Part shown: positions 24,147 to 38,780 of the stretch, piece by piece
Position numbering within the stretch: the stretch's first letter is position 1
Layout: every line of letters starts with the position of its first letter
Source: the human T2T-CHM13v2.0 reference genome, Homo sapiens
Direction: 5' to 3' (one strand)
NCBI RefSeq assembly: GCF_009914755.1
Contig: NC_060936.1
Length of the DNA: 64,000 bases
Notes under the pieces: model-generated
The model's input: only the letters and a program-made list of their open reading frames with translations
Databases searched by the model: none
Told to the model about the DNA's origin: nothing
Translations under genes and position numbers: made by a program

Positions 24147-24620
24147 TGTATCAATTGGGGTCCTTGCAGGAAACCAATGACAAACCTAGGGGTTGTTTGA
24201 AAGGAGTTAAAATGAAGAAGGTTTGCAGAAAAGTGAGCAGGATTAAGGAAAACAACACAGGGAGGTAATGAACCCCGGGATTATTAACAATGGGGAGCAG
24301 TTACTACCCTCAGTCGGAAGAGGCAGGAAGGGAACAGTGATACCAGGACCCACAGAGAGCCAGAGCTGCAGCATACTGGAAGGCAGCCACTGCCAAACCA
24401 CAGCCCACCAGGCAGGGAATAGAGGGAACAAATATCTCTCTTCTTCTTCCCTCCCACTCTCCAAGACAGACAGGAATTACTTAATGCATCTGGTCTGCTG
24501 CTGGTGACTCCTTTTGGCCAAATTTAATCAGAAGCCAGAGGGCAAGGGAATCCAGCTTTCTTAGGCCATTGTGGTCAACTTCTGAGAGCAGAGTGGGCAA
24601 GAGTGAGGAATGGACCTGAT
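24147..24620 (-). mobile_element. LTR33
   Basis: tgtatcaattggggtcc...cagaagccagagggcaaggga. Confidence 0.7.
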
Positions 24621-25269
24621 GAGCTCTCTGTTTGCACGGGCCTCTCCTCTTGTGATCCTCACTGGGTTTGAGTATGACTCAAGAGTTTAAAGATGTTTAT
24701 TGTAATACAACATGACCCCGAAGTTTGTCAAGCCTATTGCTTCACTGATGCTCACACAAAAAGCAATATAGTCCAACTCTGGGGAAGAAAAATAACCTGT
24801 TAGGCCTGATTGAAAGAATATATGTTGGTGACCAAACTGGCACTTTCTAAGAAATTTCCATGAGTCACGTTGATTTTAGAAGGTGCCCATTGCATTCGAA
24901 GAGACTGCTAAACAGGTTTAATGAAGAGGAAGAGATGGTAGATAACTATATATGGATTTGTAAAAATGTTCTGGGATACCCCAAGATGCAAAAATTCAGT
25001 ATAATCCCAAGAATGACTCAGCGCATTCAGCAGAACCCCAGAGTCTCATATGCCAGCCCAGAAATGGGAAGAAACCATCAATGGTCGCCAAGTTGGAAAT
25101 GGATTTTGCAGATGAGGTTGCCCCATGAAGTAATTGTCAGCGTCTGACTGCAGCTGACACACGTGAGGGTTGATGTGACTGTGTGGCATCTTCTTCTAAA
25201 GAAAGTGCTGCACTGTGCTTAGCACCGTTTCTATGAAGTGGGGGCCCTGACTCTATCACTTGCAATGGC

Positions 25270-25649
25270 GGGTGCTGCGATGATTAGATGCTGGGAGCTG
25301 AAGACTACAGAGAGCCTTCAGCTGCCAGCCCCTTTGGGATCCCATCAGCTTCAGAGAGCCTATGATCACACTCTTCCAAGAGTGATCAGCATCTAATAAT
25401 CAATGACAGATGGAGTATAAAGGCTTGGCTGTTTGGGCCCAACTTGAGACAAATTTAAAGGGCCATCTTACTCCAGAGCCTTCATTCAGTCAAGTAAGTT
25501 TTTGAGCCTTAGGCACAGCTCAACTTCCACCTACCCTTGCATCCTCTGCCTCTTCCCTCCCACTGACATTAAGAATACCCTCTCATACAAAGTTCTGCAT
25601 GACAAACTCTGTCTTAGAATTGGCTTTTCAGACAGCCCAACCAGCAACA
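25270..25649 (+). mobile_element. ERVL LTR (LTR40-like) inserted in a MIR that continues 25650-25835
   Basis: tataaaggcttggc...actccagagc...cagctcaactt...ctctgtcttaga...gcaaca. Confidence 0.6.
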
Positions 25650-25944
25650 TTGACTAACTGTGTTGACTTTGGACAATTTACCTAATCTCTCTATGCCTTG
25701 TTTCCTTTTCTGTAAGACAGGGGTGAGAAAAGGGCTTACCTCATCAGCTTATTGTGAACATTAACTGAGATAATATACGTAAAGTGTCTAGCACAGTGCT
25801 TAACATGCAGCAAGCACTCAATAATTGTTACTTAGTATTGTTTTGACTGGCTTTCTACCCCCGAACACATCATGGTGGGAGGGGTTCTGCTGAATGGTAG
25901 TCATTTCAAGAAGTTCTAATAATATCTGAGCATTGCTCATATCT

Positions 25945-26430
25945 CCTTGGGACAGATATTTTCCATGTGCCCTCTAGGTCTACTCCCTACCCTTCTTCAT
26001 CTGGTTCTGTGCCTGGGAGGTGAACTTGTGTAGATAGCACCAATGGGCTCCCAGGCACACTAGCTTCTGGTTGGGTTCAGCCAATAGGAAGCTCCACTGG
26101 GAAGTAGGAAAATAGGAATAGAGTTAGATCGGGATGTTTACTTTGGGGAGTTTGCCTTGGGCTGAATGTGACCTCGACCAAGGGTCATCACTCCTCTCAA
26201 GTAGCCACCTTCACATGAATTTTTCCATGAGTTCCAATAACTGCTACTTCCTCTCATCTCTTTAAACATAGGACACCCTTCCCCTCACAAATTTGCTATT
26301 ATTATTCACAAAACATTCCCTAACACTTATAGCAACCCTACATCCTACTCACACTTTTATTAAGTAGTCTTATTAAATTCTTCTCAAATTATCCAATTTG
26401 TGACAGCATTTTTTTCTTCTGGGAAATAAT
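25945..26430 (+). mobile_element. LTR33
   Basis: ctgtgcctgggagg...gcttctggttgggttcagccaatagg. Confidence 0.7.
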
Positions 26431-27494
26431 CCTGAATGGATTATTCAACAAAATTTACTTAGCCTATGTTGTGGGCTAAACAATATGCTGAACGTCTTCA
26501 TGGGCTTAAATCAAGTCAATCTTTAAATGCCATAACATGATGGTCTTCAAATCCTCCAGGCTTGAGCAAGAAGAGCAAATTCACCTACTTGGGAAAACTG
26601 GGTCTGTTAGTTCAATTCACACTGAGACGCTAATGAGCTACCCACATTCTGCTTCTTTCAAAGGCATTTCCATTCCCAAACTCTGCTGGGGAACAGGAGT
26701 GATCCTGTTCTTGGCTTTCTCCACCAAGCACTGTGCAGAATTTAGAAGTTGAAACCTAGTCAACATAAATTGTAGCTCCAATTATTTTTATAGGGCCAGC
26801 TGTTCTTTCCCCATAAATGAAGACTGGGGAGGAAGAGAGTAATGCTTAAGCCAAAGTTATTCATTTCTTGCTGGTAGAATGTTAGGCAGTGTAACCCCTG
26901 AGTTGGAAAAAACATTTTGTGGTAGAGTACAGCCTTCCTGCACAACTCCACTTATTGCCACACTTCACTGATACCACTGGGGAAGAAGGACCCCAGAACA
27001 GCCAAGTAGAAGCAGAGTCCATGAGGCAAATCCCAAGTTTATTTGTCCTGAAGCATGACACTTATTAATCTCAGCTGAGATGGAGCCAACCTAATCCACT
27101 TCAAGAAGGGTCCAAAGAGGGCTGTTCCCTTCCCCTTGAGGAAAACCTGTCCCTTGTCCAAGTTCCAACTTCCTTCCTGTAAAGCGTGAAGTTGCGATGG
27201 AAACAGTCAACCGTGTTTATTTTGCCTGTAATACAGCCCTGGCCAAGGGAATGAGCACTGGATAAAATGGTGTGTTCCAGAGGCAGCTGCCCTGAGATCT
27301 GGATCTGAGATCTGAGAATGCAACTGTGGCTACTTGGTGAAAGTGGATGGCACTGGGAGAGTTTGGGGTGTTCACGTCCTTGCCTTGCAAGTAACATCGA
27401 AGACTTAGTAGCCCACGGGACCATTGTACCAGCCTCTCCTGGAACGTGCTTCAGAAAATCAAAACAAAACAAACAAAATTGATGGGTATAATTG

Positions 27495-27910
27495 TTCAAG
27501 ATAGAGGTTCAGCTGTTATTGCAAAGCCCAAAATAAATAGGGCTTAAATAAGATATGAATTTATTTCTCTCCTCTGTTATAGTCTGAATATAGTGATCCA
27601 GTGTTGGGGTTGCTCTTCAGAGTGGGAGATTCAGGCTCTTTGCCTTAAGTTTCTCTGCCAAACTCAACATATGTCTTCCCCACCATGGTCTAGGAAGGCT
27701 GATGTTCACTCAGGGGAAGGGGGAAGAGGAAGTGGAGGTTACACCCCTGCTCTTTGGTAATACAACCAGGAAGTTGTACATGTTACTCCTTCTCACATCC
27801 TATTGGCCAGAATTTAGTCACATGGCCATGGATACCTGCAAGGGACAATGGGAAATATAGTTTTTATCTGGGTGGCCATGACACCACCTGCAACTTAGGA
27901 TTTTATAAAC
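27495..27910 (-). mobile_element. MLT1J/K-like LTR
   Basis: ctattggccagaatttagtcacatggcc...gggaaatatagtttt. Confidence 0.65.
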
Positions 27911-28372
27911 AACTCTCTGTCGGTGCAGCAGTCTAATATGGTGGTTTAAAGTGTAGATTTTGGAGGCAGGCAGTCCAGGGTCTGACTCCAGTTCCTCAAC
28001 TTTCTTCCTATGATCAATGGATACTGAGACAGAAATATCCACCGTGACCCCTGGGGTCAGGAGAGGGAATATGTGGGAGGGTAACGGGAGGATATTTGTG
28101 AGATGGGATGTCACCTGATCAGAGAAGAGTGCGAATGCCTGGCTAAAGTCCCGTGGGCACTGGGGAGCCGTCAAATTTATTGAGCAGGACAGAAGGAACA
28201 TAACCAAGGCTTGAATGGAAAATAGCGGTTTTAGTGGGACACTTCCTGGCTTGGTGTGGTCCATGAGAGAGCCTCATGACTCTTCATGACAGCTATATGG
28301 GCAAGACACTAACCAAACCTCTTAGGGGCTTGACCTGTCATTAGCCCTCTGTGAGGAGTCCATGGTATAGAG

Positions 28373-28591
28373 CAGGGGTCAGCTTTCTTTATAAAGGGCC
28401 AAATAGTAAATATTTTAAGCTTTGTATGCCAAATGATTTTGTTTGCAACTACTCAACTCTGCCATTGTAATGTGACAGCAGTTATAGACAACATGCAAAC
28501 AAGTGAGCATGGCCATGTTTCAATAAAACTTTATTTACAAAAATAAGCAGCAGACCACTTTGACCCACAGACTGTAGTTTATCAATTCCTG
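28373..28591 (+). mobile_element. MER58A (hAT-Charlie)
   Basis: caggggtcagc...aactactcaactctgcc...aataaaactttatttacaaaaa; TSD-like gtatagag/tcatagag. Confidence 0.9.
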
Positions 28592-28711
28592 TCATAGAGA
28601 ATTTTTAAAGTATCCATCCATTCTGCTGTAAAATAAAAATTCTACTAAATACAATTCTTAAGAATGTGTCTTACTGTCTTATCTTCATGTTCCACTGTGC
28701 CCTCCCCATAC

Positions 28712-29472
28712 CCAAGGTCATATTCTGGGTTGGGGGGCTTAAAGTTTATACTATTCAGAAGGCTACTTAAGGAAAAGAAAACAAAATTATGGATGCAAAA
28801 TTAGGTATAAAAGTAGCCATTTATTTAGCATGAGAAAAGAGATTACAACAAATTTTTGAAACCTCACAAATCTCATAAATGGCACAAAATCCATTAAAAT
28901 AACACAAAGTTTTTATTAATGAACTGCCTGACACACTGTTTAATATTTTTTCTACATTTTTGGAGGGTTGCATACTCTGCCTCTTCCTATAACAATTATT
29001 ACTTTTCTAATATTCATGCAAGAGAATTTAATCTTTCCTCTAACAAGATTTTTCCTCCACTCCCCATATATTTCTGGGGTGAGGTGACACAGAACATGTT
29101 CATACCACAAACTGGGCAATAGGCATATTCCTAGAAGCCACTAAGACAGCCTGGCAATAACTTAACTATACACAGAATAACTGCAAACCACAGAAAAATA
29201 TACCACTAAACCAAAACTAAACATATTACCAATTCAACTTCCCCTTAGATGGAACTCCAAAATGCCTGAGGCCACAACTGACAGGAGGGAAAGTATAATG
29301 AAGAGGAAGAGGAAGTTGGAGTAGAAAGAGAAAAGGGTCTTAACTCTTCCTTTTACAAATTTTACAAAACATATGGCCATGCACACACACTGCTGGGCCC
29401 TCCCCAGCACAGAAAGGGACTTACGGGTCTTGGGGACTCTGACGTCTGTGCAACCCGGTAAATCTACCTGTG
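28712..29472 (+). mobile_element. MER115/Zaphod-like hAT-Tip100 element
   Basis: caaaattaggtataaaagt...aactgcctgacacac...gcatactct. Confidence 0.7.
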
Positions 29473-30289
29473 TTCCAAAATGTTAAGCCCCTTATATGTG
29501 TGCACTAAGGAATGGCTGCATTGGCACAGGAGTCCTAGACTCCCAGACTTTGTGCTCCACCCTGGAATAGCATCCAGTTTCATGGCAGGCTCAGTTTTTT
29601 TCCAAGGAAATTAAATATGAGCAGCCCACACTTTGCAATAAAATCAAGGTTATGCAAAAAAGGAATTCTGCTCTGGCTTCCAGGAATCCCCGTGGAAAAT
29701 GTATATGTGTCCATTTATAAAGAAAAAAATTAATACACCAAACAATCTCATTAAAAGAAACTTCCAAATGTGTTCCAACGAAACCTATCCCAGAGTCAGC
29801 AAGTTCTCCCGCCTCCCACTTCAGAGGCACAGAGATTTCAAGTTCTGGTTTAAATTTACATGCTGTCTTTTCTGATGGGAATTTGAAAGTTGCGGGGGAA
29901 AATACACACCAAGTGCGTATTAGGATTAGGAAACATCCGCAGAATCTATTTCCTGAATTTCATAAACAGAGGAGATAAATTATCACTGAGAAGGCAGCAA
30001 ACCAAAAACCAGCATCTTGCTTCAAAGAGGGGATCACAGATAACTGGGAGGGAAGATCTCTCTTAACTCTGTTTCAAAAATCCCAGGAGAAACCAAACCT
30101 CAAAAAAATTTGTCTGTGTCAGAAGCTAAAAGTGGAGGAGAGGAGGATCAGGTCCTGTGAATAACTTTTCCAAAACTGAGGCCTTTCCAGCTGTTGTTAG
30201 GACTATGATCAAAAAGAGATTGGAAAACTCAGTGTGAAATATTTTATAGCAACATAAATGATTTGACTATGAAATTACAGGGAAAGTAG

Positions 30290-30750
30290 GTAGGTAAGAT
30301 ATAGACTAAGCCACTTTAACAAAGAGACCCCTCATACAGTGGCTGGAGCATGGTAAAAGTTTAGTCTTTACGAAAGTAGAAACCTGGCTATGTGGTTTCT
30401 AGCCACATAGCTATGGCTTCCTCCCATCTGTGGCTCTGCCATGGCTAATGTGTGGCGTCCATCTTGTGACCCAACATGGCTGCCCCGGCTTTAGACATCA
30501 AGACTGCATTCCAGCCAGTGAGAAGCACAAAGTAGGAAGGTCAGCACACATTTCTTCCTTTCACGGGCATTATCTTGAAGTGGCAGGCATCATTTCTGCT
30601 TGAACTTAATCACATTGTTACATCTAGCTGCAGGGGTGGCTAGAGAATGTCATCTTTATTCTAATTAGCCAAGTGTCTAGCTAAATCTGGAGGGTCTATT
30701 ACTAAGGAAAGGGAAGAGAGGTGTTTAGAGAGATCGAACATTTTCTGCTA
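30290..30750 (-). mobile_element. MLT1J-like LTR
   Basis: acatggctgcccc...cattccagcc...tacatctagctgcagggg. Confidence 0.6.
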
Positions 30751-30960
30751 TGGTAATTGAATGGGGATATCTTTTATACATACTTGTCCTTCCCCACTGG
30801 CTAATAATGCAGATTTTGCTCCCCTCACTTCTTAGGCATCCTGATTCTTTCATTTAATATATTTTTTAGTTTCTAACAGGTCCCAGATGCCATTCTTGCA
30901 ACAAAGTCCCTGTTCCATTGCATGTACATCCTACTGCGTGGACTAAAAAGTAAACAAACA

Positions 30961-31754
<794 letters not shown>

Positions 31755-33334
31755 TCAGTCATGGGAAGTATGGGGAAGAGGACTCTAGACAGAGGAAAAA
31801 GCTGGTGCAACAGACCAGAGGTGGGGATGAACACAGCTTGGTCAAGGACTAGAAACAGGCCATGGTAGCTGGCAGGTAGGAAGCAAGGGAAATGAAGCTG
31901 AAGAGGTAGCCAAGGGTTAATTCACATGGGGCCTTGAAGGGCATAGTGAGGAGCCTGCTATGACTTTTCTTCCTGGGGTAGGGCCACATAAATAGTTGGT
32001 TCCTGGCTAAGCTGACCTTGTAGAAGTTGCTAACTTTGAAGAGGAAAGAGCTAAGGGCATGTTGGATTATGAATCCCTGATTGGGTTTCACCAATATGTG
32101 TCCATTTTGTAGAGTGTTCTGTTCTCCGGGAAAACATTTCCACTCTTCTTGTCATTCCTTTCCCATCAGAGCTCTCAGAGGAAATAAGGGCAGGTGGAAG
32201 TATTCCCACTTGAAAAATAAGCATAACCTCAGAAAGGTTAAGTGGCCATTCCAAGATCACACAGCAAATAACTGAGAGTAGAAGATTGAAACTTGTCTTT
32301 AGTTTCAAAACAATCTGTCTCATATCCACTCCCAAAAGAAATCAGGCATAAAGAGAAACAAACAAAAAATAATCACTGCACTTAAACCAGATGCACACAT
32401 TTTTCTTATGTAGATATATATAAGCACATATATACATACATCCAGATAGATAGGTAATATAGATAGATTTGTTACAAAAGTGTACGTTCCAAATGGAAAA
32501 CTTGGAAAACACAGAAAAGTACAATGAAAAAAATGCAGTTGGTCCATAATCATTTCACTCTATAATGGCAATGGTAAAATATCCTTCCAAGGTATTTTAT
32601 GGCTATACAAGCAATATTTTTTTTTACAAAAATGAGATCAAATTGCACATAATGTTTTACAGCTGGTCTTTTCACTTTTTCATATATTGTAAACATTTTC
32701 TCATATTATTAAATATTTTTCTATCACATGATTTTGAATGATTGCCCTGAGTTTAATCACTTGATTCTAGAAGAATTTACTCAAATCTCCTTTATTCTTG
32801 GACATGTAAGTTACTCTAAACTCCTTACCTTGGTCTGCAAGGACTCACATTATGTGGCTTCTGCCTATGCACCAACATCCTATAGCCACTTCTCCCTAAC
32901 CATACCTCCCATACCCTTTGTACCTCAACCTCTTGTCTTCTTTGAATTCCCCAAATACTCTATGCAGTTTCTTACCTCAGGACCTTTGTACATGCTGTTC
33001 TCCCATTCTTCCAACAAGTGGCTCCTGATTGAATAAATGAATGAAGGAGCCTGTCTGACTCCAAAAAAAAATCTGTGTTACTACCCACAGACACCACCAT
33101 AGCTTTGCAGCAAAACAACCACTACATTTGTACTGGCAGTGAGCAGCAGCTAGGCAGTAGGGAGGAGGGCTTGGGGGAGATTCAATAGACTCAGTTCCTT
33201 TTGTCACAGTGATTTCAGGATTTTTCCCATTTCAGTTGATTATAATACCACTATAGACTGCTGGAAAGGCCTGCTTACCATAGAGGCTCAAATATGTACT
33301 GATACTTAATAAGTATCTATACATGCATATCGTG

Positions 33335-33692
33335 TACTGAACATTTCCCATTTGCCCCTAAAGAGCCTCTCTCCATCTCCTCCATCCTGCCATATGTCCC
33401 AGGATCTGACTCTATGGACTGTGTCAACATGCTCCCTTGCCCTCTGGCTTCCTGTTGAGTTCTTCCAGTGCGTGATACCAGCAGAAGTTCAGAGCACAGA
33501 AGGAAAATAAAATCAGGGTGTTAATTCTCCTAGCCTTGTAGCTTCCTCACTGCAGTGCTGCTATTGATTAGTGGGGTCTCTCCATCTATAGTTGACAGGT
33601 GACACCTGGCAGATGTGTCCCTCTTCACATAGCCTGTCTTTCCAGGTCCTAGTGGACTACCTCAGAATCGGGGGTGGTAATGGCTCCCCACT
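33335..33692 (+). mobile_element. LTR33 fragment
   Basis: ctctatggactgtgtcaacatgctcccttgccctctggcttcctgttg. Confidence 0.7.
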
Positions 33693-34281
33693 TGTGCTGG
33701 GTTGTTCTTTTGTCAACTTGATTGTGCTAGGAACTACATTTCCCAGAATTCTATTCCCATATTGTTCCAGATTAGAACTTGGGTAAGATACAGGAGGTGA
33801 AAGTGAGGTGGCAGCCATTACCCTTTGAATGTCATTGTTGGTTAGAGGCTGAAGGAAACAGACACAGAGGTGCCCATGGGTTCCAATTTATACTCCCTCT
33901 TTTCTGTTCTGTGTCCAGCTCTCCTTCTCAAAGGATCTGCTGACCCAAAAACCACCTCAAGCCCACAGCCAAATGTTTTGCTGTAGACTCATAGAAATGG
34001 TAGCCATGAAGAACCAACAACCTTCCATAGACTTCTACAGTGATCTTCCTTTGCAGTTTCACTCTAGCAATGGGAATGACCTAGCTTAAGATTTCCCTGC
34101 AAGCTTCAACTCATTCACTCAGGACTAGTGAGTGACCCATCTCTGCTGTTTTAACTCTCCTTTCAGACCTTACTTTCCCCAGCAACTGCCACAATGGTGT
34201 AAGGTCTAACTGCTGTAATAAATTCCTTATTCTATAATACTCATAGTGGTTCTACTTTCCTGAGTGAATACAGACTGATAT
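33693..34281 (+). mobile_element. MLT2E/F-like ERVL LTR
   Basis: tgtcaacttg...ggaactacatttcccagaattc...aataaattccttattc...ctgatata. Confidence 0.7.
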
Positions 34282-34375
34282 ATCATCTATGATTATCTGT
34301 GTGAAAGTAAATACATAGGACACACACAGACACACACGCACAGGGGTATATATGACACTGACAATTGCCTGAATA

Positions 34376-34925
34376 TAGTAGTCCTCCCTTATCCACAGGG
34401 CATATATTTCTGAGACCCCCATTGGATGCCTGAAACTGTGGATAGCAGCCAACCCTATATATAGATATATATTATGCTTTTTTCTTATACATAGCTACAA
34501 TAAAGTTTAATGTATAAATGAGGCACAGTAAGACATTAACAACACTAGCTAGTAATAAAATAGAACAATTATAGCAATATGCCAGAGTCAACATTTTTGT
34601 GCTTCAGGGCCATTATAAAGTAAAATAAGGGTTACTTTTCAACACAAACCCTGCAATGCCATGATAGTGGCTCTCATAACCAAGATGGCTGCTAAGTGAC
34701 TAACAGAGGGGTAGCAAACACAGAGTGGATATGCTAGACAAGGGGATGATTCACATCTAGGATGGAGCACGATGGTGTGAGATTTGATCATGCTACTCAG
34801 AATAGTGCACAATTTAAAACATATGTATTATTTCTTGAATATTTCATTTAATATTTTCAGGTTGCTGTTGGCCATGGATAAGTGAAACCAAGGAAAATAA
34901 AACTGCACATAAGGGGTCACTACTG
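34376..34925 (-). mobile_element. MER44B (Tigger7 derivative)
   Basis: TIRs (c/t)agtagtcctcccttat / ataaggggtcactactg with TA TSDs. Confidence 0.88.
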
Positions 34926-34937
34926 TACCTATTGAAA

Positions 34938-35272
34938 TGTGACAGAAACTGCTATTTGCCTCTCACTATCCATTCTCTTCATCTTCCTTAGTAAAGAAAT
35001 CCCTCAAATTTTAGCTAAGAAAGTGGTCTTCTACCTAAAGACATGTTTCCCAGCCTCCTTTGCAGTTGGTTGGGTCATGTGACTAAGTACAGGCCAATGA
35101 GATGTAAGAAGAGAGAACAAGCCTGAGTGCATGACACCACAGAGCCACCATTTCAGCCCAGGATGGCTTAGACATGGACTGATACAGGACAGAGAAACAA
35201 ACTATCTTGTTTAAGTTACTATCAATTTGGGTCTTTGTATCAGCAGTTGAAACTGTATCCTGATTAATTCAG
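34938..35272 (+). mobile_element. MLT1J/I-like LTR
   Basis: tttcccagcctcctttgcagt...catgtgactaagt...ggccaatgagatgtaag. Confidence 0.75.
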
Positions 35273-36829
35273 ATGTCAAACTAAGTCATGGGCGTGTTTG
35301 CTTGGAAATAGGAAGGAAAGTTCTCAAAGCATCTGTGTGTGGAGAGTGGGGAGGATAGTAAGTAGGAACATCAACTTCCATTTCTATTTCTTCCATCTTA
35401 AAATCCTTTGGCTCAGATTCCTCTCCCTTGTACACTGTAAAATGCAGTTATCTTCCTGCTGTCAGGGTTGTTCTTGGCAGAATAGTCATCAGCATCATGC
35501 AGGGGCAGGTATTGTAGCCCCATGATGGGCTGTATGGGTACCAGCAAGACACAACTTGAGCTCTGAAGTCAGACACCTTGTGTTCGAATCCTGGCTCAGT
35601 CACATACTAGCTTTTCAGAGAGATTGGTGGGATCTGTTTGATAGTAATTGAAACAATGGTTTGAGAGCCAGAGAAGAAAGTGCTTTCAAATTCTGAAAGC
35701 TAGCTAAATGACACAGGTCTGTCTCACGGGAGGAGATGATGGAGTGTGTGAAGAGTCCTTGGGATGGTGGTCAGAGCCATCAACACCTTCCTCACCATTC
35801 TATTTATTGACTTCCACTAGATTCAAGTGAGTAAGGAGGGATGAAATTACTCCAAGGCTTGAATCAGCTCTGAAGTCAAGTTCTGCCTTTTGTTAAAGTG
35901 GAATCCCTGCTCCCTGGATTGGCAATGATTCAAAGCAGATATGCCTGGGGAGTGGGGGAATGAAAAAGGGAGAGGTGGTCTCAGCTAGAGTTCTGGGGAG
36001 AGTAAACACAGGAGTTTCTGCCACATGAGAAAGAACTTTTAGTGAGTCATCATACATGTTTTGTTGCCAACATTACAGGGAAGGGTTAAACAAAAGAAGG
36101 CAGTTGAGTCAGGTCCATTGTGGAGCTCAGGGACCAGGGGAAGAATATTGATTTCCTCTGAGTCACTTTGGACTGACCTATTAATTCAGGCTCGCTGAGA
36201 AGGTGGAAAACATGCAAGTTGCACTTGGCTGCACTTTTAATGCTCCCTTACTGGGACAATCCAATGTCTTCCAAATGAATGCATGGGGGAGGGGTTCAGG
36301 GTAGAGGATATAAAGTGAGAAGTGGTCAGGGTACAGTGAGCTTCTGACAGATGCACCTGTGACATCACTCTGCCATCCCTGGTGACACTGTGGATGTTCA
36401 CTAAGTGTTGATCAACTCTTAAACTGAATGCTGCTCAAAAGAAAGAAGTTAACAAATCTTAGACACACTATAGCTCTGGGCTTCAGGCTCTATAACTCAA
36501 CCTTGAATTTCTCAACTCTTACCCCCAAAGTGAATCTGCAGTCACCATCTTTTAATCTGGCCTGAAATAGTTTCGTTTGTTACCAAGTTTGTTAAAAGTC
36601 ATGACTTAGAATTCCATTTCTATCACTTGCTAGCAGTGCATTTTTGAGCAAATTACTCAAACATTTCTACACTTTATTTTTTATGCCTAAGATGACGGTA
36701 ATTATAGCATCACCTTATGATTTTGTTTTTGTTTGTTTTTAAGATTAGACGATATTGCACATAAGTGCTTAGCATACAGCCTGAATCACAGAAATGTTCA
36801 GTATATTTTAACAACTTTGTGATTGTGTT

Positions 36830-37105
36830 ATATATATTTTTGCATTGTATAACGAGCAGATTTCAGAGAACTGAGTATAAAGGAGGGGGATAAAATGGAG
36901 CTATATTGGAGCAAGCTTTTTATATTTTACTAGAATTGAATTACTATTAATCTGAAGTAGATTAAACAAATTAAGATTATATTATAATCCCAAAACAATC
37001 ACTAAGAAAATAATTTTAAAAATATAGTAAAAATAACAACAGAGGAATTAAAAGTTACACTTAAAATATTTATATAACACAAAAGAAGGTGGTAACAGAA
37101 GAACC
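36830..37105 (+). mobile_element. Ancient L1M internal fragment
   Basis: ctgaagtagat...ataatccc...cactaagaaaata...aacacaaaagaagg. Confidence 0.6.
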
Positions 37106-38589
37106 AACTCATTCTTGTTGGCTTGTCCACACAGGTATCTTGTCAAACAGTGGACTGTTGTCCTTTAAATTATCGATGTGGCTGACAGATCACATGGCCC
37201 AACCAGCTGTACCATAATCAAATCAGCTGGTCCAATCAGCTATGGCTGAGGAATCACATGATCAAATCAGCTGGTCCATTAGAAAGACACCACATGGTTC
37301 CTTACCCACTTAGCCTAGATGTGGATGTGGATTCTTCCAGGAGCTATGAGTTCAGCATCTGAATACATCTGAAGAGGTGGACAGAACCAGCAAGGAATGT
37401 TTCCCCCACCCCAGACAAATGAAAAATGGAGCCATTACAAAGATTTTGCATCAATAAGGGATGATGACACAGTGCTGGAGGTAGAGAAGGGGAACAGGAA
37501 ATTGGGCTCTGTAAGGTTCAGTGAGAAAAAGAAAGCTATACCCCCATCTCATGTCAGGGCCCTTTGATTATTCCTATAATAAGATGGATCTATCTGGTGG
37601 AAGGGCTTCCAACCAGGAAGACTCACAGGGTCTGAGATCTAAGACTGCAATTATGATGTAACCTCTGGGTCCAACTTGGAATGGGTCTTGGAAAGTTGGT
37701 TGAATGAAATGTTGCATTATCATTGCTCAACTCTGCCTACTCTGGCCACAGGCAATAGCCTTGCCCGTAACTCCCATTATCTGAGCAACCACATTTTGTG
37801 CCATGGAATGCCAACCTCATGACCTCTGTTGATTAAACCTGGCGGAGGCCCATGCACATGTCTGAGAGTCTGTTATGTCCCAGGTGAGGTCACCCAAGTT
37901 TGTAGTCTGGGCCTTGGGGTAAGGCTTCTAAAACTTTCTTCTCACCTCTGCCTTAGAGATCTACTTCTCTTACTTCTCAACATTTGTCTGTGCCGTTTCC
38001 TTTGCATAGAACACATTTCCTCCCCTTTATGTGGCGACCTCCCCACAACACATTGGGGTGGCAATGACTGTAGCACTGAAAAAACTGAGATCCAATCCCA
38101 GTCCAGCCTCTTACTCTGGGACTTGGGCAAATTATATAACCTCACTGAGACTCAGTTTATTCATCCTTGATAGGTTATTTGGAGAATTATATTTTAAAAA
38201 ATGTGTAGAATTTGGCATGCTGTGTGGAACAAAGAAAGACCTCAGTAAATTATAACTTTTGAGGACCATGATAACGATGAAGACAGACAAGATGATGATG
38301 ATAGTGACATGCCATCTCTTACGGGAATCCTTCTCTGGTTTTGACAAAGATGTGTGCTCTACACTCTTCTGGTCCCCTGAACATCCCCCTGTCACAACAC
38401 CACACTGCATTGCCATTACTTACTGACTCATTTCTGTCCATTAATAGTAAATTCTTTGTAGTCAGCAACTGTGTCTTATTCACCATTACACAGCCTGGGC
38501 TTTGACATACACTGGGCATTAGATTATCTACCCAAAGACTTGGCCTCCTGAAGCTTTTCTTGTCTCTCCCATGGACTGTTAAGAAGATG

Positions 38590-38780
38590 AGCTATGGAAT
38601 TAGTCAGACCTGTGTTTGCATCTAGGATATACCAGATATAGGCTAGGTGACCTGTGTCAAGCTACTTAACCTCTCTGAGTTTCATTCCTCCCACCTATAA
38701 AATGAAAGTTAAGAACAGTTTCTACCCTATGGGATTGTCGTGAACATTAAGTGATAGACTGAATGTAAAAAGGTTAGCCC
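38590..38780 (+). mobile_element. MIR
   Basis: gctacttaacctctctgagtttc...ctataaaatg. Confidence 0.8.

Noticed and set aside
30377-30411. Overlapping 8-9-bp inverted repeats in MLT1 (similarly tgtgacaaa-gcg-tttgtcaca at 44906-44926)
   Set aside because: Short arms are expected occasionally by chance or by minor template switches; no other support.
37216-37278. Short direct repeat atcaaatcagctggtcca with E-boxes
   Set aside because: Small duplication within probable decayed LTR sequence; insufficient evidence of function.
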